Part shown: piece after piece, positions 1 through 8,149 of the stretch
How the letters are laid out: the number at the start of each line of letters is the position of its first letter
Numbering within the stretch: the first letter of the stretch is position 1
Assembly: GCA_963803435.1 (NCBI GenBank)
Contig: CAWDML010000001.1
Span: forward strand, 1-64,000
Source: an uncultured delta proteobacterium
GTDB lineage: Bacteria; Myxococcota; Kuafuiibacteriia; Kuafuiibacteriales; Kuafuiibacteriaceae
Direction: 5' to 3'
DNA: 64,000 nt
Notes under the pieces: model-generated
Databases searched by the model: none
The model's input: only the letters and a program-made list of their open reading frames with translations
What the model was told of the DNA's origin: nothing
Translations under genes and position numbers: made by a program

Positions 1-160
1 GACAGCTCACAAGGTTCTCATCGGATCGGCGATCGGGCTTGGCGTCATCTTCGGCGCCTTCTCGGTCAAAGAGCAGAACTGGCCGATGGTGGCCGCCACC
101 GCCGTCCTGACCACCGGCATGCTCGCCTATCTCCGCTGGTTCGCGCGCAAGACCCGCTGA
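1..160 (+). CDS. 3' part of a small membrane protein (truncated by window edge)
   Basis: Frame 2 reads TAHKVLIGSAIGLGVIFGAFSVKEQNWPMVAATAVLTTGMLAYLRWFARKTR-stop(158-160): two hydrophobic helices, ends 6 bp before the next ATG. Confidence 0.6.
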   Translation, partial: TAHKVLIGSAIGLGVIFGAFSVKEQNWPMVAATAVLTTGMLAYLRWFARKTR

Positions 161-166
161 CAATCC

Positions 167-1420
167 ATGCGGGTCCTGCACGTCCTCGACATCTCCGTCC
201 CGATGCTGGCGGGCTATACGTCCCGCAGCCGCTACATCGTCAACAACCAGAGGGCGATCGGGATCGAGCCGGTGGTGCTCACCAGCGCGCGGCACGAGAA
301 CCCGAGCGGCTGCTCGATGGAGGAGATCGACGGCGTCCGCTACCACCGCACGCCCCGACCTCAGACCTCTGCCTTCGACCGGCCCGTCCTCAGGGAGGCG
401 CTCGAGATCCATCACCTCAGAAAGCGCATCGTGGAGGTGGCCCGGCGCGAAGAGCCTGATCTGATCCACGGTCACAGCTCCATCCTGTGCGGGATCCCTG
501 CTTACCTGGCGGCGCGTCAGCTCGGCTTGCCGTGCGTCTACGAGATCCGAGCGTTCTGGGAGGACGCGGCCGTCGACCACGGGACGAACGCCGAGGGCTC
601 ACCCAAGTACCTGGCGATCCGACAGGCGGAGACGACGCTGGCGCGCAGTGTCGACGCCCTCATCGGCATCTGCCGGGGGATCAAGGACGAGCTGATCCGA
701 CGGGGGCTCGACGAGCGCGCGGTGTTCGTGATCCCGAACGGCGTCGAGACCAATCGGTTCACTCCGGTGGAGCGCGACGCGGCCCTCGCCGAGCGGCTGG
801 GCGTCCGAGGGAAGACCGTGGTGGCCTACATCGGAACGTTCGCGCCCTTCGAGGGGGTTCCGCTGCTGGTGAAGGCGCTGATCGACCTGATCCGGAGCGG
901 CCGCGACGATCTCCGGGGTCTGATCGTCGGTGAGGGCGAGACCTACGCTGCGTGCCGGAGGTTGGCCGAGGATGCGCACCTCGGCGACAAGATCCTCCAC
1001 CCGGGCAAAGTGCCGCACAGCGAGGTCAAGCCGATGTATTCGGTCGTCGACATCCTCGCCTACCCGCGCCACAGCAAGCGGATCACCGAGCTGGTCACCC
1101 CGCTGAAGCCCCTCGAGGCGATGGCCATGGAGAAGGCGGTCATCGGGTCGAGCGTGGGGGGCCTGACCGAGCTGATCGCCGACGGCGAGACCGGGCTGAT
1201 CCACCGGGCGGACGACGCCGGCGATCTGGCGGCCAAGATCCGGACGCTGGCCGACGACCCCGACCTGCGCCGCCGTCTCGGGAAGAACGGCCGCGCCTAC
1301 GTCCTGGAGGCGCGCCGGTGGCGGCGGATCATCGAGGACCACTTCGCGGTCTACGACGCGGCGCGCGCCAACTGGACGAAGAATCAGTATCTGTGGCGCG
1401 GGATCGCCCGGATCCTCTGA
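167..1420 (+). CDS. GT4 glycosyltransferase, PEP-CTERM/exosortase-associated type
   Basis: MRVLHVLD..P...GY..R, HGHS, VYEIRAFWEDAAVDHG, IPNGV, ELVTPLKPLEAMA, GGLTELI. Confidence 0.9.
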   Translation: MRVLHVLDISVPMLAGYTSRSRYIVNNQRAIGIEPVVLTSARHENPSGCSMEEIDGVRYHRTPRPQTSAFDRPVLREALEIHHLRKRIVEVARREEPDLIHGHSSILCGIPAYLAARQLGLPCVYEIRAFWEDAAVDHGTNAEGSPKYLAIRQAETTLARSVDALIGICRGIKDELIRRGLDERAVFVIPNGVETNRFTPVERDAALAERLGVRGKTVVAYIGTFAPFEGVPLLVKALIDLIRSGRDDLRGLIVGEGETYAACRRLAEDAHLGDKILHPGKVPHSEVKPMYSVVDILAYPRHSKRITELVTPLKPLEAMAMEKAVIGSSVGGLTELIADGETGLIHRADDAGDLAAKIRTLADDPDLRRRLGKNGRAYVLEARRWRRIIEDHFAVYDAARANWTKNQYLWRGIARIL

Positions 1421-1472
1421 CGTCGCGCGACTCGCGGAAAATACAGAGGTCTGCTACAGCGTTGGTCGGCAT

Positions 1473-2516
1473 ATGACCCCGGACAGGAGCATGGTCTCGC
1501 CCTGGATCCCGCTCGGTAGCGCGCAGCTCGTCGATTGGAAGCACCTCAATCGCCCCCAAAGCGCGCGCGGCGCTACCGCCTGGACCTCACGCATCGGCAG
1601 CGAGCCGGTCCTTCTGCGGTCCTGGTCCAACGAGTCGACGACCTTCTACGAGTTCTACTTTCTCGCGCACGAAGGCCTGAACGGCACCATGGTCGTGTCG
1701 ACGTCCCGGCCCGAGCCCACGCGCCTCCGGCTCAAGGCTACGATCGACGTCGAGAGTCGTCTCGGCTACTCGGACATCGTCGAGTTCCAGGAGCACCCGC
1801 TCACGGGCCTGCACGGCTCGACAATCCGCACCGTCGAGGTCTCCGAGGGTGAGCTTCACACGGAGCGGATCAACAACCTGACCGCGGCCGAGGCCGAGAT
1901 CCTCGAGTACGCGCCCGAGAGCGCGCTCCTCACCACCTGCGGATGGTCGATCCACTCCGTGCTCGACGCCGTCCGCGCGCAGATGCTCGACGGCGACGAC
2001 GTCCTGGAGCACGCGTCCACCGGTCATGCGCCTCCGCGCGGCGAGCGCATGGAGCGGATGGACACGCCGGCGGGTGAGGCACCGATCGCGCCGCCGCCGA
2101 AGAAGGAGCGCGCGCCAACGCCCAAGCCAACCTCGCGTCCCAAGGAGACGCTGGAGGGACCGCTCGAGGAGCCGCGCAAGAAGGCGCCGGATCCGGTCGA
2201 GCCGGTCCGGGCCAAGGATAAGCCGAGGAAGAAGATGGTGCTGGTCGCCAGCACCAACACCGGCGACACGTGGGAGATCTCGGAGCCGGAGACGTTCATC
2301 GGACGCAGCAAGCAGTGCGCGATCGTGCTCAAGTCGCAGCGCGTGAGCCGCAAGCACGCCACCGTCACGATGGAGGAGGACGGCTTCTACATCAACGATC
2401 TCGGGGCCGCGAACGGGATCTGGGCGGGGACCGAGAAGATCGATCGCGAGAAGATCGAAGACGGCGCCGAGTACATCATCGGCGATGTCCTGGTCACGTT
2501 CACGCTCCAGCAGTAG
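1473..2516 (+). CDS. FHA domain-containing protein
   Basis: C-terminal FHA motifs IGRS, VSRKHA, DLGAANG after a Pro/Lys-rich linker; N-terminal domain not recognised. Confidence 0.8.
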   Translation: MTPDRSMVSPWIPLGSAQLVDWKHLNRPQSARGATAWTSRIGSEPVLLRSWSNESTTFYEFYFLAHEGLNGTMVVSTSRPEPTRLRLKATIDVESRLGYSDIVEFQEHPLTGLHGSTIRTVEVSEGELHTERINNLTAAEAEILEYAPESALLTTCGWSIHSVLDAVRAQMLDGDDVLEHASTGHAPPRGERMERMDTPAGEAPIAPPPKKERAPTPKPTSRPKETLEGPLEEPRKKAPDPVEPVRAKDKPRKKMVLVASTNTGDTWEISEPETFIGRSKQCAIVLKSQRVSRKHATVTMEEDGFYINDLGAANGIWAGTEKIDREKIEDGAEYIIGDVLVTFTLQQ

Positions 2517-2517
2517 C

Positions 2518-3024
2518 TCAGCGCTCGGCGCGCGCCACCAGATCCTCGACCTGTACCAGATCCCGCTGGAGCACCGGCAACATCCTGGCGGCGTAGCCGC
2601 GCACCTCCGGATCCCCACATTCATGGGCGCAGCGCTCGTGGAGCGCGAGCGCATCCTCGAGCGTCCCCACCTGGAACCGGCGGAACAGATCGTCGAAGTC
2701 GTCGCCGCGGGCGGCCCGGAGGCGATCGAGCCTCATTTGATCGCGCGCGCGGAGCGGAGCGCTCTCGGGGATCAGGCGGAACAGCGATCGCTCGGCGTCG
2801 ACGCCGTCACGGGCCAGCCGGCGGGCGAAGCGGAGGGTGGCCTCCGGCGGGTCGCGCTCCAGGGCGATCAGCGACGACTCCACCTGGAACCGCCCCAGGC
2901 TGCGGGCCCGGACGAGAAAGTCCTGGTCCGCCCGGGTCCGGAGCGCCGGAGGCGACCGCGACGCGGTTGCGCACGCGGCGGTGGTGAGGCCCGTGAGGAG
3001 AGCGGCTCTGAGGGTGGGGTGCAC
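2518..3024 (-). CDS. DUF4142-like ferritin-fold lipoprotein
   Basis: Signal with TAAC lipobox; DQDFL..A......EV.SS.IAL, L.AARGDDFD..F, DPEVRGYAARMLPVLQ pattern. Confidence 0.7.
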   Translation of the reverse strand: MHPTLRAALLTGLTTAACATASRSPPALRTRADQDFLVRARSLGRFQVESSLIALERDPPEATLRFARRLARDGVDAERSLFRLIPESAPLRARDQMRLDRLRAARGDDFDDLFRRFQVGTLEDALALHERCAHECGDPEVRGYAARMLPVLQRDLVQVEDLVARAER

Positions 3025-3102
3025 CGATCGAGCGCTAGGAGCGTGTAGCGCGTAGCGCTACCGCGAGCCCGGTCCGGGTCCCGGTCCCGGTCCCGATGGC
3101 AA

Positions 3103-3283
3103 TCATGCAGCCCGGCGTGCGTTCATCGACTTGATGAGGCGCGTGAGCCTCTCGACAACGCGCTTGAGCTTGGCTCTGGCGGCTTGGACCTTCTGCTCGT
3201 TGGCGAGTCGGCGCCTCGAGCAGGTGTGGAGTGAGGCGGCGCTTTCGGTGCCAGAGCGAAGTGCCATCCGGTAGAAGCGAGCC
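3103..3283 (-). pseudogene. C-terminal half of a four-helix-bundle protein (23S rRNA IVP/bAvd-like) carried in the IS left arm
   Basis: ARFYRMALRSGTESAASLHTC...KLKRVVERLTRLIKSM matches the RFY.IA..S..E.AA.L....L.RIV.ML..L pattern; 5' half removed at the junction with the transposase. Confidence 0.7.
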
Positions 3284-4610
3284 CCCGCGAGGCGAGCGAC
3301 CGTACTCGCCTCGAATGATGATCGCGCTGCTTCTGTACGCCTACTGCACCGGCATCCATTCGTCGCGGAGGATCGCGCGGGCGACCTACGAAGACATTCC
3401 ATTCCGGGTGCTGGCTGGAGAAAGTCATCCCCACTTCACGACAATCAACGAGCTTCGGCTCGTCCACCTGGAGGCACTGAAAGCGCTCTTCCTCGAAGTC
3501 CTGAAGCTTTGCCAGAAAGCAGGTTTGGTGCGGCTCAGACACGTCGCACTCGATGGCTCGAAGGTGCAGGCGAACGCGAGCAAGCACAAGGCGATGACCT
3601 ACGAGCGGATGGCCGAGGAGGAGAAGCGGCTGTCTCTCGAGATCGAAGAACTGCTGGAGCGAGCGCGCACGATCGACCAAGAGGAAGACGAGCGGCTGGG
3701 CGTTGAAGAGACTGAGGAGGACATCCCAGCGGAGCTCGCTCGCCGTGAATCCCGCCTTGCCCGCATTCGAGAAGCGAAGGCTGCGCTGGAACAGGATGCC
3801 GCCAGGGCTCGCGCGGAGAAATTGCGCAGGCAAGCCGAAGAGCAGCAGAGCAAAGCGGATGATGCTCTTGTGGATCGGGTGGAGCAGAAGCGAGCGAGAA
3901 CTCGAGCCGAGAAGGCAAGAGCGCAGGCTGACCAGCTCGAACCATCCCCAGACCCAATTGAACGAAATGAGGGATGGCCGCATCATCGCGTTCCTGCAAA
4001 TGTGGACGGCATACCGAGGCCCCACGCTCAGAGGAACTTCACCGACTCAGACAGCAGGATCATGTTGAAGGAGGGAGCGTACCTCCAGGCCTACAATGCC
4101 CAAGTTGTCGTAGATGAGCACGCTCAGGTGATTGTCGCCGAAGGGGTCAGCAACCAGGCACCTGATCAGCAACACCTCGTCCCGATGCTCCGTGATGTGT
4201 TCGGCAACTGCGGCGATGCTCCGCGGAAGATGACGGCAGACAACGGCTATCTGAGCGCGACCAACATCGAATTCTGCGACAACAATCAGATCGATGCCCA
4301 CATCGCTGTTGGACCCGAACAGAACCAAGACGCGTCGACTCCGTCCTCATCAGCTTCGGAGCCCACACCTGCCTCGCTCGCTCGCAAGCGAATGCGAGAC
4401 AAGTTGCAAACGCGCGACGGCAAGGCGGTCTACCCCCGCAGGAAGAGTATCGTCGAACCGGCGCTCGGACAAATCAAAGCGGCACGAGGATTCCGCCGGT
4501 TCTCGCTCCGCTCCTTCTTCAAGGTACGAGCCGAGGGGACGCTCGTCTGCCTCACCCACAACCTGCTCAAGCTCTACCGATCGAAGCTCGCGACCGTCGC
4601 GAGCGTCTGA
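3231..4610 (+). CDS. IS1182-family transposase, 5'-truncated
   Basis: PYSPRMMIALLLYAYCTGIHSSRRI, HPHFTTI, VALDGSKVQANASKHKAM, TDSDSRIM, YNAQ, ADNGY, RKSIVEPALGQIK; the usual N-terminal segment is replaced by antisense four-helix-bundle sequence upstream of ~3284. Confidence 0.9.
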   Translation: MRRRFRCQSEVPSGRSEPPRGERPYSPRMMIALLLYAYCTGIHSSRRIARATYEDIPFRVLAGESHPHFTTINELRLVHLEALKALFLEVLKLCQKAGLVRLRHVALDGSKVQANASKHKAMTYERMAEEEKRLSLEIEELLERARTIDQEEDERLGVEETEEDIPAELARRESRLARIREAKAALEQDAARARAEKLRRQAEEQQSKADDALVDRVEQKRARTRAEKARAQADQLEPSPDPIERNEGWPHHRVPANVDGIPRPHAQRNFTDSDSRIMLKEGAYLQAYNAQVVVDEHAQVIVAEGVSNQAPDQQHLVPMLRDVFGNCGDAPRKMTADNGYLSATNIEFCDNNQIDAHIAVGPEQNQDASTPSSSASEPTPASLARKRMRDKLQTRDGKAVYPRRKSIVEPALGQIKAARGFRRFSLRSFFKVRAEGTLVCLTHNLLKLYRSKLATVASV

Positions 4611-4758
4611 CTCAAGGCAGCCATCTTCAGATCGGGACCCGGACCTGGAACGGGACCCGGACCGGGGTCGCGTGAGCGCTTACGCGCTACACGCTCCTAG
4701 CAGGTCCCGGTCCTGCGCGAACGTGCCGAGGATCGCGCGATCCGATCGCGGCGCTTCG

Positions 4759-5880
4759 TCACGGCGTCCGGGCGCGCTCGATCGAACCGAGCAGCGCCGC
4801 GGCGCTCTCTTCCCAGCTGGGGACGCGGGCCAGCCCGCTGATCCGCTCGGGATCCGCATCCCGCCCCAGCTGGACGAGGATCGCCTCGGCGAGCCGCGGC
4901 GGGTCGCGAGGCGGCACCAGGATCCCGAGGGCCTGGTCGTGCACCGCCTCCGCGATCCCGCCGACGTCGGCGGCGACGACCGGTCGCCCGGCCGCGTGGG
5001 CCTCGCGAACGACGTTCGGCATCCCTTCGTCCCAGCTGGGGAGGCACAGCAGATCGCACGCGGCTAGCCAGTCCGCGACCGCCTCACGTCCCAGATGACC
5101 GAGCGTCTCCACTCGGCGGGAGCGGCTCAGCTCCGCCAGGAGGGGCCCGTCGCCGGCGAACACCACGTCGACCGAGGCGGGCAGCCGACCGGCCGCGGTC
5201 AGGAGGTCGGCCGCGCCCTTGTGCGGAGCCAGGTGCCCGACGAACAGGACCAGGCTCCGATCGAGGGGACGGCCCAGCGTCTTTCGGGCCTCCGCGCGAT
5301 CGCGCGGGTGAAACAGCGTGCGATCGACACCGTTGTAGACCACGTCGATCCGATCGGCCGCGACGCCCAGCGAACCGGCCTGCGCCGCCAGGGCGCGGCT
5401 CACGCAGACCACCCGGTCGGCGCGGGGAAGCAGCGCCCGCAGCTGGAGGCGCGCCGCGAGATCGTTCGGGACGCGGTTGAGGTCGCTGCCGTGGCACTTG
5501 ACCACCACGGGCGTGGCGAGCGCCCGCCCCACCGCGACCGCCGCCACGCCGTCGGGATACGCGTACGAGGCGAGGATGGCGTCGTAGCGGCGACCGCCGA
5601 GCAGGAGCTCGGGCAGCACGCTCGCGGCGTAGAGCGCTGCGTTCAGCGAGGGAAGGCCAGGGATCGCGGGGAGCCGAGGGTGGAGGACCTGGAGGCCGTC
5701 GATGGTCTCGCGCCGCACCACGGGCTTGGAGCCGCGGCGGGCGAGCCGCCAAGGCACCACCCCGAAGACGTCGACCTCCGCGAGCGCGCCCAGCGCCGCG
5801 AACTGGCGCCGGTTGAAGGGGGCGTAGCCGGGGTCGGCGTTCGAGGGGAACAGGTTGGTGAGGATCAGGACCGAGCTCAT
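4759..5880 (-). CDS. GT4 glycosyltransferase (TuaC-like)
   Basis: Start ATG 5880 (MSSVLILTNLFPS), YAYPDG, HGSD, VYNGVD, PSWDEGMPNVVREA; ATGA overlap with upstream gene. Confidence 0.88.
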   Translation of the reverse strand: MSSVLILTNLFPSNADPGYAPFNRRQFAALGALAEVDVFGVVPWRLARRGSKPVVRRETIDGLQVLHPRLPAIPGLPSLNAALYAASVLPELLLGGRRYDAILASYAYPDGVAAVAVGRALATPVVVKCHGSDLNRVPNDLAARLQLRALLPRADRVVCVSRALAAQAGSLGVAADRIDVVYNGVDRTLFHPRDRAEARKTLGRPLDRSLVLFVGHLAPHKGAADLLTAAGRLPASVDVVFAGDGPLLAELSRSRRVETLGHLGREAVADWLAACDLLCLPSWDEGMPNVVREAHAAGRPVVAADVGGIAEAVHDQALGILVPPRDPPRLAEAILVQLGRDADPERISGLARVPSWEESAAALLGSIERARTP

Positions 5881-6407
5881 CGCTTCTCGGCCTCCTCCAC
5901 CAGAGCGAGCGCGCGCGCGAACTCGGCGTGGGCGCGATCGAGGCAGAGGTCGATCTCGTCCTGGTACCCGTCGGCGGAGGCGGACCAGGCGCGGTTGAGC
6001 GAGCGCTCGCCGGCGGCGAAGGCGTCCATGACCCGACCATAGGTCGCGAGCCCGTGGCGCCAGATCAGCGTCTCCCGAGCGGCCAGGAACCAATCGAGGT
6101 CCGCGGTCATGTGCCGATCGATGAACTCGCGCATCCCGAAAACGCCGACGTCCGCGCGCTTCTTGGCGTCGAGGTTCTTGAGCTTGGCGGAGAGCATCGT
6201 CAGGCTGCTCCGGATCACCTGGATGTTCAGAATGAGGAGCCCGACGGGTCGCTCGGTGGTGAAGCGGATGATCAACGCCCCCAGCAGCGCTGCGACCAGC
6301 GCACCTCCGTAGTGCTGCCAGTCCACTTGCGCCAGCTGTGCCACCGAGAAGAACGAGGCCACCACCAGGCCGGCCGCGAACAGGAGCCATCCCAGGGGCC
6401 GGGCCAT
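5877..6407 (-). CDS. Hypothetical membrane protein (2 N-terminal TM helices plus helical domain)
   Basis: MARPLGWLLFAAGLVV...ERSLNRAWSASADGY.DE; start overlaps OPT stop (TGATG) and stop overlaps GT start. Confidence 0.75.
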   Translation of the reverse strand: MARPLGWLLFAAGLVVASFFSVAQLAQVDWQHYGGALVAALLGALIIRFTTERPVGLLILNIQVIRSSLTMLSAKLKNLDAKKRADVGVFGMREFIDRHMTADLDWFLAARETLIWRHGLATYGRVMDAFAAGERSLNRAWSASADGYQDEIDLCLDRAHAEFARALALVEEAEKR

Positions 6408-8149
6408 CAGCGGCCTCCCCAGACGACCTGAAGGATCGCGATCGTCACACCGACCATCGCCTCCCCCACGATCAGGCCGGCGGCCACGGGGATGCCGACG
6501 TCCTCGCACCAGCGACGGCCGCGGAGCCGCTGCAGCAACACGCGGACGAACACCCCGACTGTGTACGTGAGCACGATCCCGAACGGTACGTAGAAGCCGA
6601 GCCCCAGATGGACGCCGAGCCCTCCGAGACCGGAGATGACCAGCGCGAAGCCGATGCCCGCTCCGGCCAGATACCGGCCCACAGGCAGATCGCCGCCGAG
6701 GATCCCCGAGATCATCCCGGCCAGCGCCTTCCCCTGCGGCGCGGGCAACGCCTTGCCCCCCAGCCCGTAGGCGTGGTCGAGCACACCGATGAGCACCACC
6801 ACCAGGATCGGTCCCAGCCACGTGGCAGAGAGCTGTGCGATCTGCTGTCGCCTGGGGAGGGCGCCGGTCAGGTAACCCGCCTTGAGATCGAGCATCAGGT
6901 CGCCCGCCTGCGCGATCGAGATCGAGACCGCCGCGCCCAGGAGCACAGAGACCACCACGGTCTCGCGATTGCTCATGCCGCTGCCGACGAACATCAGGAT
7001 CGTCACGGCGATCAAGGTCATGCCCGAGAGCGGCGACCAGTTCGTTCGGCCCAGGCACTCGGACACGATCACGCCCGCGACCCAGATCCAGGCGGTCCCC
7101 ACGATCGCCATGACCACCGCCCGCAGCGCCGTCATCTCCGGCGACGAGGCGTAGGCGATCACGGAGAGCAGCACGGCTCCCACCAGCACGATCGTGTAGA
7201 GCACGCGGATGGAGAGCTCGTCGAAGCCCGAGCCCGCGAACACCCAGGTCCGGTTGGCCTCCTGCATGCTCTTGAGCCCGCTCCGGATCATCGGGAAGGC
7301 CGCGATCACGCCGCCGACCGCCGCGCCCACCAGGATGCCGACTCCGGTGGGCATGAAGAGCGCCTCGCGGACGCCGTCGATGTCGCCGGCCTCCACCAGC
7401 GTCACGATCTCGGGCGAACCGTAGCGCGCGAGCAGCGGGGTGAGGATCCAGTAGCAGGCGATGCCGCCGGCGCCGAAGAGGAGGCCCCCCCGCCCCGAGA
7501 GAAAGCCGACGCCCACGGTCAACAGCGAGAGAAAAAACAGGACGTAGACGTGGTGCGGCGCAAAGGCGAGCCGCTGCGTGAGATCCAAGGTGTCGTGATC
7601 GAGCCCGAACACCAGCCGCACGATCAGGAATGCGATCGCCGAGACCAACGCGCCGCCCACCATCAGCCGCGCCTTCTGTATCCCGCCGCCCGGCGACTTG
7701 AGGATCGCCGCCACCGCGATTCCACCCGGGTAGGCCAGCCGGTCGTAGTCGATCATCTGCTTGCGGAGCGGAATGATGAACGCGATGCCGAGGACCCCGC
7801 CGGTGATGCAGGCGAGCACCATCAGGAAGGGGCTGAAGCGCGCGAGCAGGTGGTACTCGCCGTCCAGGATGTAGAGCGCGGGCACGGAGAACATCATCCC
7901 GGCCGAGGCGCCGTTGACGGCCGACGCCAGGGTCTGGGTGATGTTGTTCTCGACGATGCTGGTCCGCCGCATCACGCCGCGCAGCACGCCCCACCCGAGG
8001 ATCGCAGCGATCTCCGACCCCTCGGTGGAGAAGCCGAGCACCAGGCTGGCGTACGCGATGCTGATCGTGATGAGCGCGCCGATCGCGTAGCCGACCAACA
8101 CGCTCACCAGCGTGAGCTCCGGATAGGGCCCCCGCCGGACGACCGTCAA
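6407..8149 (-). CDS. OPT/YSL family oligopeptide transporter
   Basis: PYPELTL, ENNITQTLASA, IPLRKQMID..RLAYPGGIAVA, TNWSPLSG, DLMLDLKAGYL, LPAPQG; TTG start at 8149 overlaps upstream stop. Confidence 0.9.
   Translation of the reverse strand: MTVVRRGPYPELTLVSVLVGYAIGALITISIAYASLVLGFSTEGSEIAAILGWGVLRGVMRRTSIVENNITQTLASAVNGASAGMMFSVPALYILDGEYHLLARFSPFLMVLACITGGVLGIAFIIPLRKQMIDYDRLAYPGGIAVAAILKSPGGGIQKARLMVGGALVSAIAFLIVRLVFGLDHDTLDLTQRLAFAPHHVYVLFFLSLLTVGVGFLSGRGGLLFGAGGIACYWILTPLLARYGSPEIVTLVEAGDIDGVREALFMPTGVGILVGAAVGGVIAAFPMIRSGLKSMQEANRTWVFAGSGFDELSIRVLYTIVLVGAVLLSVIAYASSPEMTALRAVVMAIVGTAWIWVAGVIVSECLGRTNWSPLSGMTLIAVTILMFVGSGMSNRETVVVSVLLGAAVSISIAQAGDLMLDLKAGYLTGALPRRQQIAQLSATWLGPILVVVLIGVLDHAYGLGGKALPAPQGKALAGMISGILGGDLPVGRYLAGAGIGFALVISGLGGLGVHLGLGFYVPFGIVLTYTVGVFVRVLLQRLRGRRWCEDVGIPVAAGLIVGEAMVGVTIAILQVVWGGR

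Larger units (their letters stand above)
3039..4696 (+). mobile_element. IS1182-family element, copy 1 (1658 bp, internally deleted)
   Basis: Perfect 16-bp TIR GAGCGTGTAGCGCGTA at both ends, extended by imperfect GGTCCC/GGTCCG hexamer arrays; CTAG duplicated at 3035-3038 and 4697-4700; encodes a DDE transposase. Confidence 0.93.

Noticed and set aside
3061-3096. GGTCCC tandem arrays as a CRISPR array
   Set aside because: 6-bp units without spacers; they are subterminal parts of the IS ends and no cas genes are present
3103-3283. Diversity-generating retroelement suggested by the Avd-like fold
   Set aside because: No reverse transcriptase and no TR/VR repeat pair with adenine-specific mismatches in the window
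4703-4713. GGTCCCGGTCC beside copy 1 as evidence of homology-guided targeting
   Set aside because: Flanks of copies 2 and 3 show no such similarity
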